From Acidimicrobiia bacterium UBA5794 (GTDB lineage: Bacteria > Actinomycetota > Acidimicrobiia > Spongiisociales > UBA5794): a stretch of DNA of 64,000 nucleotides. The first letter of the stretch is position 1. Every line of letters starts with the position of its first letter. A program made the translations under genes and the position numbers. Positions 18,926 through 28,335 of this stretch are shown in pieces. The notes below the pieces were generated by a model. The model was not told the origin of the DNA and ran no database searches. It was given only the letters and a program-made list of their open reading frames with translations. The DNA is taken from assembly GCA_002418265.1 (NCBI GenBank), contig DIDS01000009.1, positions 58,764-122,763 on the forward strand, read 5' to 3'.

Positions 18926-19510
18926 TCAGCCGTCTGACAACGCACTCTCGTCAGGCCGTGCGATCAGTGACAACACACCGCCTATGGCTGCCAACGCGCC
19001 GCCGACGATCAACAGCGTCCAACCGAGGGTGATCGACACCGTCGGGGCTGCGGGCAATCCAAATGCCTGTGCGGCTTGCGCATAGGCACCCTCGATCGCA
19101 TCCGCATCGTCCATGGCCGACAGTGTGGCTACGCCACCGATCACCATCACGACGACACCGAGAACCGTCAGGATCAGACCATTCATCCGTGACAGAGCAT
19201 CCCTGACAACCGGGATGAAACAAATCCCCACGATTGCCACGAGTGCAATCACCAAGATGATCGATGCCCATGCTTTGTCATTCCAAATGCCGGTCCACAC
19301 CGTTGGAAACTCAGCTGGTACTGCTCCATTGGTCTGGGCGCTGACTCCAGCCATGAAATCGGGAATATCTTCAGCCGCGGAGCTCAGCGATTTCATGAAC
19401 AAACCCACGGCGGTCACGACGACCCCGATAAGCGCAACAATTCTCCCGTAATGCACACTCTTCCTTCCATTGCGTCCTTGCAGCGTAGGGATGTGCACCC
19501 AAAGGTTCAA
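18926..19510 (-). CDS. hypothetical membrane protein
   Basis: 4-5 hydrophobic helices. No family recognised. Start uncertain. Confidence 0.4.
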   Translation of the reverse strand: MNLWVHIPTLQGRNGRKSVHYGRIVALIGVVVTAVGLFMKSLSSAAEDIPDFMAGVSAQTNGAVPAEFPTVWTGIWNDKAWASIILVIALVAIVGICFIPVVRDALSRMNGLILTVLGVVVMVIGGVATLSAMDDADAIEGAYAQAAQAFGLPAAPTVSITLGWTLLIVGGALAAIGGVLSLIARPDESALSDG

Positions 19511-19544
19511 TTCCCACGCAACTCACACGCCGTCAGAGATGCGG

Positions 19545-19576
19545 GCTGAAAGCAGAAGGCTGAAAGCTGAAAGCTC
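19545..19576. repeat. GCTGAAAGC motif cluster (locus G)
   Basis: gctgaaagcagaaggctgaaagctgaaagctc. The same motif recurs at 14523, 33551 and 59781. Confidence 0.7.
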
Positions 19577-19653
19577 TCTTGCCGTTTGTGGACTGATCGA
19601 GGGAGTGGGTATTGTCGATAGAACCACATTCGGATCACCAAGAGAGGACCTTC

Positions 19654-20760
19654 ATGACATCCAAGAGATGGCGACTGTTCGCAGTCGTACTCGTCGTCTT
19701 CGCGATGGTCGCTGCTGCATGTAGCAGCGACGACGCAGCAGACGACACAACAACGACAACGGCAGGCGAGGCACCCGCAGAGGTGCTCAAGGTTGCATTT
19801 GTGTACATCGGCCCCGTTTCTGACAAGGGCTGGTCGTGGTCACATGATCAAGGTGCCAAGGCACTCAAGGCTGCCCTTGGTGATGCGGTCGAGATCACGA
19901 CACTTGAAAACATTCCAGAAGGTGCTGATTCCGAGCGCGTCTTCAATGACCTTGCTGAGGAGGGCAACAAGCTGATCTTCGGGACGTCGTTCGGATACAT
20001 GGATCCAATGCTTGCCGCCGCGGAAAGCCACCCCGACACCGTCTTCATGCATGCAACCGGCTACAAGCAGTCTGACAACATGGGGAACTACTTCGGTGCC
20101 GCTGAAGAAGGCCGGTATCTCTCCGGCATGGCAGCAGGTGCCGCAACCGTCACGAACAAGATCGGTTATGTCGCTGCGTTCCCCATCCCTGAGGTTCTCC
20201 GGGGAATCAACGCGTTCACACTCGGTGTACGGGAAGTGAATCCTGATGCTGAGGTGCAGGTTGTTTGGACATCAACGTGGTTTGATCCACCAAAGGAGAA
20301 AACGGCAGCTGAATCGCTTCTCGATGCTGGAGCAGACGTCATTGCAATGCATCAGGACTCGGCAGCACCCGGCCAGGCCGCAGAGGCTGCGGGCGCCAAA
20401 TGGGTTGGATACAACACGGACATGACCGAATTTGCGCCCACCGCGTGGCTGACCGCTGCAATCTGGGATTGGGGTCCGTTCTACATCAAGACGGCGCAGC
20501 AGGTCATCGATGGAACGTGGGTGACGGAGGCCTACTACGGAAACATGGCTGACGGAATGGTTGCACTTGCACCATTCGGCGAGTCTGTCGATGGGGCAAC
20601 GCGGACGCTGATTGGAGAGAGAGAGGCCGAGATCATCGATGGAACTTTCTCTGTGCTTCCCGATCCGATCGTCGACCAGGACGGCGCCGAACGACCGCTC
20701 GGAAACATCTTTGAGATGGACTACTTCGTCGAGGGAGTCGTTGGAAGCCCAACCGGTTGA
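19654..20760 (+). CDS. BMP-family ABC transporter substrate-binding lipoprotein (nucleoside-binding, PnrA/Med-like)
   Basis: Signal peptide plus lipobox (FAMVAAACSS). BMP blocks VAFVYIGPVSDKGWSWSHDQG. Start at MTSKRWRLF after agagagga. Confidence 0.8.
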   Translation: MTSKRWRLFAVVLVVFAMVAAACSSDDAADDTTTTTAGEAPAEVLKVAFVYIGPVSDKGWSWSHDQGAKALKAALGDAVEITTLENIPEGADSERVFNDLAEEGNKLIFGTSFGYMDPMLAAAESHPDTVFMHATGYKQSDNMGNYFGAAEEGRYLSGMAAGAATVTNKIGYVAAFPIPEVLRGINAFTLGVREVNPDAEVQVVWTSTWFDPPKEKTAAESLLDAGADVIAMHQDSAAPGQAAEAAGAKWVGYNTDMTEFAPTAWLTAAIWDWGPFYIKTAQQVIDGTWVTEAYYGNMADGMVALAPFGESVDGATRTLIGEREAEIIDGTFSVLPDPIVDQDGAERPLGNIFEMDYFVEGVVGSPTG

Positions 20761-20777
20761 TTGGGACCGAATGAAGG

Positions 20778-22394
20778 GTGCGTCCGGCCAACCCGCCGGA
20801 CGCACCCACATCCACTGGCGCCACGCCACCTCCAGCTTGGAACGACGTGACAACTGACGCCCCAACTGACGCAGAAACGGACCTTGCCGTCGAACTCAGA
20901 AACGTCGACAAGGCGTTTTACGGCGTCAAGGCAAACGACAATGTCAACTTCCGCCTCGCCCGCGGCGAGGTGCACGCTCTCCTTGGTGAGAACGGTGCCG
21001 GCAAGTCGACCCTCTGTTCCATCCTTGCTGGGCTGTATCGACCCGACGCAGGCGAGATGTTCCTCAATGGCGCACCGACCGTGTTCAAGAGCCCCAAAGA
21101 TGCGCTCGCTTCGGGTGTGGGAATGATCTACCAGCACTTCCGCCTGGTGCCAAACCTGACCGTTGCGGAGAATTTCGCCCTTGGCCATCCCAGTACCGGA
21201 ATTCGTCTGGATCAGAAGAAACTTCAGGAGGAGGCGGCAGAACTCGGGGACAGATATGGGCTCCCGATCGACCCGTCGGCACGAATCTGGCAGCTGTCCG
21301 TCGGCGAACAACAACGTGTCGAGATCCTCAAACTGCTCTACCGCAACGTGGATGTACTCATCCTCGATGAGCCGACCGCTGTGCTCACCCCCCAAGAGAG
21401 CAAGCAGCTGTTCAAGACCATGCGGCAGATGGCAGACGAGGGTCGGTCTGTGATCTTTGTGTCGCACAAGCTCCGAGAGGTCAAGGAGGTCTCAGATTCG
21501 GTGACCGTGCTTCGCCACGGACGCAACGTCGGAGGAGTCGCGACGGCCGACGCCGAAGCCGAAGACCTTGCTCGCATGATGGTCGGCCGTGACCTGGTTC
21601 TTCCGGCCCGAACCGACACTACGCAACCCGGTTCCGTCGTTTTGGCGGTTACCGATCTTCGGGTCGAAGGTGACCGCGGCCTTGAGGTGGTCAGCGGCGT
21701 TTCGTTCGAAGTAAGGGCAGGCGAGATCGTCGGGATAGCCGGTGTCTCTGGAAACGGGCAGCGGGAACTCGCCCTCGGACTCAACGGTCTGAGGACCCCA
21801 ACCGCTGGACGCGTTTTCATCACCAATTTCGATGTCACCAAAGCCAGCGTGCTCGCCCACATTTATGCGGGCATGTCATATGTTCCACAGAATCGCCTCG
21901 GGGTGGGTCTTGCCCCGGGTCTGACCACCGAAGAGAACCTTGCTCTCAAGGCATTTCGGCAACCACCCTATTCGCGAGGTCGCCGACTTGTCCCGAGCGC
22001 GTTCCGAAGCGAAGGTGCACGCCAGATCGAGCAGTACGATGTTCGCGGCGTACGACCCGGTCTCCCCATCAGGCTCCTGTCTGGCGGAAACCTCCAAAAA
22101 GCGCTCATCGCCAGAGAGATCGAGATGGGGCCGAAAGTCCTCATTCTCCACTCCCCGACTCGTGGGCTCGATGTTGGTGCAACACAGACGGTTCGGCAAC
22201 TGGCACTTGCTGAGCGTGCGCGCGGCGTCGGTGTCCTGCTGATCTCGGAGGACCTCGACGAACTCCTGGCCCTGTCGGACCGGCTCCTTGTGATGTATGA
22301 GGGCGAAATCGTCGGTCAGATGAACACCGAAGATGCAACTGCCGAACGACTCGGACTGCTCATGGCTGGCAAGCGACAGGGTGAGCAAACATGA
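20778..22394 (+). CDS. ABC transporter ATP-binding protein, duplicated ABC domains (nucleoside/sugar type)
   Basis: Two ABC cassettes (GENGAGKST...LSVGEQQRVEI...LDEPT and LSGGNLQKALIARE). Exact start uncertain; GTG at 20778 is from the track. Confidence 0.8.
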   Translation: MRPANPPDAPTSTGATPPPAWNDVTTDAPTDAETDLAVELRNVDKAFYGVKANDNVNFRLARGEVHALLGENGAGKSTLCSILAGLYRPDAGEMFLNGAPTVFKSPKDALASGVGMIYQHFRLVPNLTVAENFALGHPSTGIRLDQKKLQEEAAELGDRYGLPIDPSARIWQLSVGEQQRVEILKLLYRNVDVLILDEPTAVLTPQESKQLFKTMRQMADEGRSVIFVSHKLREVKEVSDSVTVLRHGRNVGGVATADAEAEDLARMMVGRDLVLPARTDTTQPGSVVLAVTDLRVEGDRGLEVVSGVSFEVRAGEIVGIAGVSGNGQRELALGLNGLRTPTAGRVFITNFDVTKASVLAHIYAGMSYVPQNRLGVGLAPGLTTEENLALKAFRQPPYSRGRRLVPSAFRSEGARQIEQYDVRGVRPGLPIRLLSGGNLQKALIAREIEMGPKVLILHSPTRGLDVGATQTVRQLALAERARGVGVLLISEDLDELLALSDRLLVMYEGEIVGQMNTEDATAERLGLLMAGKRQGEQT

Positions 22395-23506
22395 CACGTC
22401 ATGTCGTCGTTGAACCACGAGGACTTGCCTCGGTGAAGCTGAGGATCCTCGTACCGGTGCTATCCGTTCTCGCAGCGTTGGTCGTCGGAGGCCTCTTCCT
22501 CGCAATCACTGGCGAGAACCCACTCGACGTATATCGAAAGATGGCCGACGTTGCGTTTGGGTCTGCCAATGGCGTGAGCAATACCCTCATCTCGGCAACA
22601 CCTCTGATCCTCACCGGGGTTGCAGCTGCGCTTGCGTTCAAAATGCTTGTGTGGAACATCGGCGGGGAAGGGCAACTCATCATGGGGGCGGTGTTCGCCT
22701 CCGGTATCGCGATCTGGCTCGGGCCTGCTGCCCCATCGTGGATCGCGATACCCGCAGTCATCGTCGCGGGCGGAGTTGGTGGCGCCGTTTGGGCATCGGT
22801 CGCTGCCATTCCGAGGGTCTACCTCAAAACGAACGAGATCATCACGACCCTCATGTTGAACTTCATTGCGCTCAGCTTCATGAACTTTCTCGTTTTCGGT
22901 TCGTCGAGTCCATGGCGCGATTCAGCAGTCAGCACGTTTCCAACCGGTCAGCCGATCCCTACCAACGCCAGGCTCCCCACGTTCTTCCAGAGGTTGGATA
23001 TCAGCATCTTCATCGCCTTCGGCCTTGCGATCGCAGCATGGTGGCTTGTTGGCAAGACACGATGGGGGTTTGCTGTGCAAGTTGTCGGTGATTCACCCGA
23101 GACAGCTAAATACGCAGGAATCAGCGTTCCCAACAAGATTCTGGTCGTCTTCCTGCTTTCGGGTGCTGCCGCAGGGTTCGCAGGAGCCCTCTACGTTGCG
23201 GGCCCAATTGGTGCCCTCGAGCCACGGTCCCTCGACCTCGGACTCGGGTTCACCGGAATCATCGTTGCAGCGTTGGCGGGATTACACCTCTTGGCGGTCA
23301 TCCCAATTGCCATCCTGATGGGTGCTCTGAACAACTCCGGGCCAGCCCTTCAGTCGATTGGTGTGCCCACCTCCACCATCACGATGCTGCAAGGTGCGAT
23401 CCTCATCTTTGCAGTCGGCGGGGAGTTCTTCATCAGGCACCGGATCAGGTTGCCACGCAAGGAATCCACTCCCCAAGAGATACCTGACGGGGTTGAGGTG
23501 GCATGA
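22391..23506 (+). CDS. ABC transporter permease (BMP-associated)
   Basis: 371 aa, multi-TM. ATGA overlap with the ATPase gene. Confidence 0.85.
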   Translation: MTRHVVVEPRGLASVKLRILVPVLSVLAALVVGGLFLAITGENPLDVYRKMADVAFGSANGVSNTLISATPLILTGVAAALAFKMLVWNIGGEGQLIMGAVFASGIAIWLGPAAPSWIAIPAVIVAGGVGGAVWASVAAIPRVYLKTNEIITTLMLNFIALSFMNFLVFGSSSPWRDSAVSTFPTGQPIPTNARLPTFFQRLDISIFIAFGLAIAAWWLVGKTRWGFAVQVVGDSPETAKYAGISVPNKILVVFLLSGAAAGFAGALYVAGPIGALEPRSLDLGLGFTGIIVAALAGLHLLAVIPIAILMGALNNSGPALQSIGVPTSTITMLQGAILIFAVGGEFFIRHRIRLPRKESTPQEIPDGVEVA

Positions 23507-24456
23507 ACGACACGCAACTGATCCTCACGATGTTCGCTGCGGTCGGGCTTGGAACACCGCTGATCTTTGCCACAGTCGGAGAGATCATCACCGAACGAGC
23601 GGGGATTCTGAATCTCGGCGTACAAGGGATGATGCTCATCGGTGCTGTTACGGGATTCTGGGGAACATTCCAAACCGGGAATCTCGTATTCGGGGTCGTC
23701 ATTGCAATGGTGTGCGGAGCAGCCCTTTCGGCCGTACACGCTTTCACGTCGATCACGTTGCGCGTCAACCAGATCGTCTCAGGACTCGCCCTTGCCCTGT
23801 TCGGATCCGGCCTCGCAAGCTTCCTCGGAAGGGCAGGGTCGGAGCCGTTGGTCGGCCACCCGTCACGTGCGCAGTTCGAGCCGATCTTCACCGGCGGGAT
23901 TGCAGACATCCCGATTGTTGGCCCACTCCTGTTCGGACATGATCCTCTGGTGTATCTGTCGTGGCTCGTCGCAGGGGCTGCGAGCTACTACTTGTTCAGA
24001 ACCAGGATGGGGCTTTCACTTCGTGCTGTTGGGGAGGATCCAGCATCCGCTGAGGCCGCCGGTGTCCATGTGTCGAAAGTGAGGTATGTGCACGTGCTGA
24101 TCGGTGGTGCTCTCGCAGGACTCGGTGGCGCCTACTTCTCGCTGGCCCTGACACCGACGTGGCAGGACGATCCGATCGGTGCTGCCGGATGGATCGCGAT
24201 CGCACTTGTCATCCTTGCGAGCTGGCGACCCTGGCGAGCAGTATTCGCCGCGTACCTTTTCGGGGCCGCTGAACGGGTCCAGTTCACACTCCAGACACTC
24301 GGCGAACCGTGGAGTGACATCCCTTCCACGCTCTTGGCGATGCTGCCGTTCATTCTTGCCATCATCGCGATGATCGTGCTCACGAGTGGTAAACGGGCTC
24401 GTTTGTTGGGAGCTCCCTCGGCGTTGGGAGTCCCCTACTTCAGGGAACAACGCTGA
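23503..24456 (+). CDS. ABC transporter permease (BMP-associated)
   Basis: 317 aa, multi-TM. ATGA overlap. Confidence 0.85.
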   Translation: MNDTQLILTMFAAVGLGTPLIFATVGEIITERAGILNLGVQGMMLIGAVTGFWGTFQTGNLVFGVVIAMVCGAALSAVHAFTSITLRVNQIVSGLALALFGSGLASFLGRAGSEPLVGHPSRAQFEPIFTGGIADIPIVGPLLFGHDPLVYLSWLVAGAASYYLFRTRMGLSLRAVGEDPASAEAAGVHVSKVRYVHVLIGGALAGLGGAYFSLALTPTWQDDPIGAAGWIAIALVILASWRPWRAVFAAYLFGAAERVQFTLQTLGEPWSDIPSTLLAMLPFILAIIAMIVLTSGKRARLLGAPSALGVPYFREQR

Positions 24457-24470
24457 ACGACGACCGGATT

Positions 24471-24617
24471 CAGAAGTCAGAAGTCAGAAGTCAGAAGTCA
24501 GAAGTCAGAAGTCAGAAGTCAGAAGTCAGAAGTCAGAAGTCAGAAGTCAGAAGTCAGAAGTCAGAAGTCAGACGTCAGAGGACCGATGACCGATGACCGA
24601 TGACCGATGACCGAATT
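24471..24617. repeat. microsatellite locus H: (CAGAAGT)x14 perfect, then CAGACGT, CAGAGGA, then (CCGATGA)x4
   Basis: Read directly: 14 consecutive perfect CAGAAGT copies at 24471-24568, followed by gaccgatgaccgatgaccgatgaccgatgaccg. Confidence 0.95.
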
Positions 24618-24654
24618 TAGGAGTCATGGAATCCGGCATACCTGGGTTTCCAAG

Positions 24655-24674
24655 GAACCCGGCTTGTCGGGTTC
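24655..24674. terminator. hairpin gaacccg-gcttgt-cgggttc (shared with locus I)
   Basis: 7-bp GC stem. Overlaps the stop of the minus-strand gene at 24673. A near-identical hairpin is at 29624-29642. Confidence 0.45.
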
Positions 24675-25188
24675 ATATGGCCTCGGCAACCAGGAAGCCT
24701 GACTGGTCGAAGCGGAGGACCCAGAGACGGCCGTGGGCCGGCGTGTTCGGCGGGTCAAGGTGGAAAACGGCATGATGTGCAAGCTCGTGGGCGAGCGTCA
24801 TCGCCGTGGTCGATCGACTGAGACGAATCGCCCCGTTCACCGGCAGGGCACCCCAGCCGTTGGCCTCGTTCGATGTCACCTTCGATTCTCCGAGAAGCGC
24901 CACCCACGAAGACCGTGGCCGCTCACAGGCACCGGTGTATGGCGAACGCCTGGCGTGAAACTTGAAGGCTGGCATTGGGATCCCGAAATCGGTGCACACC
25001 GAGGCGGCGATCGTCCGGACACCACCCGCATCGAGCGCAACACGATCGAGCGAGAGAAGGAAACCCGGATCCTTCGAGAATTGGGCTACGCGCGCGGCGT
25101 GTCGTCGCTTGGGTCCCGGGTCGATCGACGTCGAAGCAACACGCTGACGAGTTGTGTCTGATTGATACATGACGTGACCGTATCGCAC
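24673..25188 (-). CDS. putative zinc metallopeptidase-like protein (HExxH; SprT/DUF45-like)
   Basis: Motif TAMTLAHELAHHAVFHLDPPNTPAHGRLW. About 165 aa; start may be at MYQSDT. Confidence 0.4.
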   Translation of the reverse strand: MRYGHVMYQSDTTRQRVASTSIDPGPKRRHAARVAQFSKDPGFLLSLDRVALDAGGVRTIAASVCTDFGIPMPAFKFHARRSPYTGACERPRSSWVALLGESKVTSNEANGWGALPVNGAIRLSRSTTAMTLAHELAHHAVFHLDPPNTPAHGRLWVLRFDQSGFLVAEAI

Positions 25189-25216
25189 AACTGTGACAAA
25201 ACCGTGTTGCGTTGCT

Positions 25217-26125
25217 CTACGACGCTACCTGTGCAATGCCGTGTTCGAGGGCCGTCCGGATTCCATCTGTATCGAGACCGTGGACGGCACGCAACTCTCG
25301 GGGAGTTCCATAGTGGGAAAGCTCCGGATCGGTCACTCCGATCGCCTTGATCCGCATGGGACGATCAGAGAGAGCGGCCGCAACCTGCGCCACCGAGGTG
25401 CCAACGAGATAGGGCTCGACAACAACGATTTCGGAACCCACGACCTCTGCCCGGAGACCGTCAGCGTCGATGGGTCGTGGCACGTTCGTGTAGAGCACAG
25501 TCGCGTCGGTCCTCTCAACGGCCTCGAGGACCGCGTCGGAGATGGGGCCAACAGCGAGCACCGTCGGACCGTGGTCCGATCCGCGCCGCAGGATCGATAT
25601 CGCCCCGGGCCGAACGTCAACCGAAGCCGCGTTTTGGTCACCGGACAGGCGGATGTAGTGGGACGTCGACGATTCGTGGGCCAAACGGAGCGCTTGTTCA
25701 GCTTCGTCAGAGGTTCCTGGGACATGGATCGTCCAACCAGGGAGGGTGCTCATCACGGCCACATCCTCAGGAGCCTGATGGGTTCGTCCCTCGGTCGATG
25801 CGTCCCAGCTTCCTCCGATGGAAACGAGTGTGGCATGAACCCCTTGATGCGTGAGGCTCAGCTTGATTTGTTCGAACGGCCGCTCGACGAGGAATGGGGT
25901 GTAGCTCATCACGATCGGTCGGAATCCTTCGAGGGCCAGCCCTCCCGCAACTCCGATCATTGCCTGCTCGCGGATGCCGACGTCGATGATTCGGTTCCGA
26001 ACGGTCTTTGGTGCATCGGTGAACGATGATGCTCCGATCGCCGCGAGCACGACCACCGCCTTCTTGTCCCTCAACAACAGATCGGTGGCAACGCTGCTAA
26101 ATCGGTCTCGCATCGTCTCGCTCAT
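25217..26125 (-). CDS. transketolase family protein, C-terminal (pyrimidine-binding) subunit
   Basis: Blocks FIDVGIREQAMIGVAGGLALEGFRPIV and the transketolase C-terminal domain. 302 aa. Confidence 0.85.
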   Translation of the reverse strand: MSETMRDRFSSVATDLLLRDKKAVVVLAAIGASSFTDAPKTVRNRIIDVGIREQAMIGVAGGLALEGFRPIVMSYTPFLVERPFEQIKLSLTHQGVHATLVSIGGSWDASTEGRTHQAPEDVAVMSTLPGWTIHVPGTSDEAEQALRLAHESSTSHYIRLSGDQNAASVDVRPGAISILRRGSDHGPTVLAVGPISDAVLEAVERTDATVLYTNVPRPIDADGLRAEVVGSEIVVVEPYLVGTSVAQVAAALSDRPMRIKAIGVTDPELSHYGTPRELRAVHGLDTDGIRTALEHGIAQVAS

Positions 26126-26874
26126 GGCTTCCTCCCAACCTCTGCGACCACCGCGAGCGGAACGTCAACGTGGGTGGCGGTGAGGGCTCCTTCGATTGCA
26201 TCGTGGTTCCGGCCATCGACGACTCGGGTTGTCCAACCCTCAACGGCAAATCGACTCGCGATACCACCTGGCCAGCCGAGGGTCGAAGACTGGTTGTCGA
26301 TCACGACTGTTGTCAATCGACCAATGCCAAGGCGACCGGCTACCGCGATTGCCTCGTGACTTGATCCCTCGTCGAGTTCACCATCCCCCATCAACACAAA
26401 CACACGTCCGGCAGAGCACGAAAGGCCGAGCGCTATCGCCGACCCAATGCCGAGGGCGAGCCCCTGTCCGAGGGAGCCAGATGAGATCTCAACCCCGGGA
26501 ATCCTCCGGCGATCCGGATGATGACCGAGCGGAGATTCTGCCGTTGAGAAACCTGCCAACACGGCTGGATCGATGAACCCCTTCGTTGCAAGGACCGCGT
26601 AGTAGGCCATCGGCCCGTGCCCCTTGGACAGAAAAAACCGGTCCCGATCCGGGTCGTCCAGGCGATCGGGATCGACTCGGAGTACGCGGTCGTAGAGGGT
26701 CCAAAGAACATCAAGCGTTGACGTCGACGCCTCTGAGTGCTTCTCATCTCCCGTCATCACGGACATGAGAGCGCGCAGGTCGCCATAGCCGAGTTCCGGG
26801 TCCTGGTTCGGGTTGCTGAGCTGTGTGTGCGTGACATGATCCCACCGTACAACTTCAAGTATGCTTGAAGTCAA
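26122..26874 (-). CDS. transketolase family protein, N-terminal (thiamine diphosphate-binding) subunit
   Basis: Blocks RDRFFLSKGHGPMAYYAVL and GHHPDRRRIPGVEISSGSLGQGLALGIG, GDGELDEGSSHEA. The only in-frame start is TTG at 26874, inside the SoxR box, so the start is uncertain. Confidence 0.75.
   Translation of the reverse strand: MTSSILEVVRWDHVTHTQLSNPNQDPELGYGDLRALMSVMTGDEKHSEASTSTLDVLWTLYDRVLRVDPDRLDDPDRDRFFLSKGHGPMAYYAVLATKGFIDPAVLAGFSTAESPLGHHPDRRRIPGVEISSGSLGQGLALGIGSAIALGLSCSAGRVFVLMGDGELDEGSSHEAIAVAGRLGIGRLTTVVIDNQSSTLGWPGGIASRFAVEGWTTRVVDGRNHDAIEGALTATHVDVPLAVVAEVGRKP
26852..26871. promoter_or_regulatory. SoxR-box-like operator ACTTCAAG-TATG-CTTGAAGT
   Basis: Perfect 8-bp inverted repeat with a 4-bp centre. 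Resembles the soxS-type SoxR box CCTCAAG-N-CTTGAGG. Ends 24 bp upstream of the soxR GTG start. Confidence 0.6.
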
Positions 26875-26894
26875 GTATTTTTGTTGGAGAAAAT

Positions 26895-27350
26895 GTGGAA
26901 GACCAACTGACCATCGGAGAAGTCAGTAGACGGACGGGTGTCGCAGCTTCAGCGCTTCGGTTCTATGAGGAGATGGGCCTCATCGACAGCCACCGAACGG
27001 TGGGAAACCAGCGCCGCTACGATCGATCTTCGATACGGCTGATATCAGTGATAAAGGCAGCGCAAGAGGTTGGCTTGTCGCTTCAGCAGGTCGCCGACGC
27101 TCTGTCGGTACTTCCTCATCACCGCACGCCGACCAAGCGCGACTGGTCGAGATTGACGACACGGTGGCGGTCCGATCTCGACAAGCGAATCGATGAGTTG
27201 GTTGCACTGCGCGACGATTTGACCAACTGCATCGGCTGTGGGTGTCTGTCACTCCGGTCGTGTGCATTGTTCAACTCGGGCGACCGTGCAGCAGCAAAGG
27301 GATCTGGAGCTCGGTACCTCGTTGGTGATGAGCGACCGCAGACACCGTGA
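26895..27350 (+). CDS. soxR: redox-sensitive MerR-family regulator SoxR ([2Fe-2S])
   Basis: MerR HTH (LTIGEVSRRTGVAASALRFYE) and the diagnostic C-terminal cluster CIGCGCLSLRSCALFN. GTG at 26895 is preceded by ggagaaaa; the track extends to a TTG at 26865. Confidence 0.8.
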   Translation: MEDQLTIGEVSRRTGVAASALRFYEEMGLIDSHRTVGNQRRYDRSSIRLISVIKAAQEVGLSLQQVADALSVLPHHRTPTKRDWSRLTTRWRSDLDKRIDELVALRDDLTNCIGCGCLSLRSCALFNSGDRAAAKGSGARYLVGDERPQTP

Positions 27351-27373
27351 GCGTGTCAGACTTCTGAGTCCAC

Positions 27374-28291
27374 GTGAAAGGGACGGTGGTGGAGATACGC
27401 AGAGGGTTCTGGTACGGCTTCTTTGCGTATGTGGTATGGGGCCTTACGCCACTGTATTGGAACATGTTCGACGACATCGACTCGATGGTGCTTCTCGGCC
27501 ATCGGATCGTTTGGAGTGTTCCTCTCCTCATCGCAGTGATTGCCGTGCAGCGTCGATTTGCCGAATTCCGTGAGGCATTCCGATCGCTGCGGGTCGTTGC
27601 AATCACTGCGATCGCCGCCGCGCTGCTGTCCATCAACTGGGGTGTGTGGCTCTGGTCCGTAACCAACGCACACCTCGTCGAGGCTTCCCTCGGGTACTTC
27701 ATCACCCCCTTGGTGTCGATCGGCCTTGGCGTCATCGTCCTCCGAGAGTCGCTGACGCGATTGCAGTGGATCTCCATCACCATCGCAACCATCGGAGTCG
27801 TTGGCCTCGGGATCACCATCGGGAAGCCACCGTGGATCGCCCTCCTCCTCGCAGGCTCCTTCGGAACGTATGGGCTCGTAAAGAAGCGAGAGGAGGTTGC
27901 GGCTCCGCTCATCTCCCTTGGAGGCGAACTCGCGATCATGGGGATTCCGGGATTCGTCCTCATGGTCTTCGTCGTTGATCCGGCTGGCGGAGGATTCGGC
28001 ACGAGCTCCGGACTCACGCTGTTCTTCTTGGGATCATCGATCGTCACCGTGGTACCTCTCTTGATGTTCGGGGCGGCCGCCAAGCGCATTCCCCTCACCA
28101 TGTTGGGGCTCCTCCAATACATTGCGCCCACGCTTCAGCTACTACTTGGGGTCTGGGTATACGGTGAGGATCTGCCACCGGAGCGGCTTGTGTGGTTCGT
28201 CGTCGTTTGGATCGCGCTTGTCGTGTACACCTACGACAGCATCGCGACGGTGCGGCGCGGACGGATCCAAGCGGTCGTCAGCCCGATCTAA
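27374..28291 (+). CDS. rarD: EamA/RarD-family (DMT) transporter
   Basis: 305 aa, 10 TM segments, RarD-like N-terminus (GFWYGFFAYVVWGLTPLYW). Lies 24 bp downstream of soxR. Confidence 0.75.
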   Translation: MKGTVVEIRRGFWYGFFAYVVWGLTPLYWNMFDDIDSMVLLGHRIVWSVPLLIAVIAVQRRFAEFREAFRSLRVVAITAIAAALLSINWGVWLWSVTNAHLVEASLGYFITPLVSIGLGVIVLRESLTRLQWISITIATIGVVGLGITIGKPPWIALLLAGSFGTYGLVKKREEVAAPLISLGGELAIMGIPGFVLMVFVVDPAGGGFGTSSGLTLFFLGSSIVTVVPLLMFGAAAKRIPLTMLGLLQYIAPTLQLLLGVWVYGEDLPPERLVWFVVVWIALVVYTYDSIATVRRGRIQAVVSPI

Positions 28292-28335
28292 CGATCGGAC
28301 GCTGGCCCCCCGTGTTTCCGAGGGGGACGAGGTTG

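Noticed and set aside
24386-24589. ORF encoding SEVRSQKSEVRSQK...
   Set aside because: It is a direct translation of the (CAGAAGT)14 array, which is open in all three plus-strand frames. It is not a protein.
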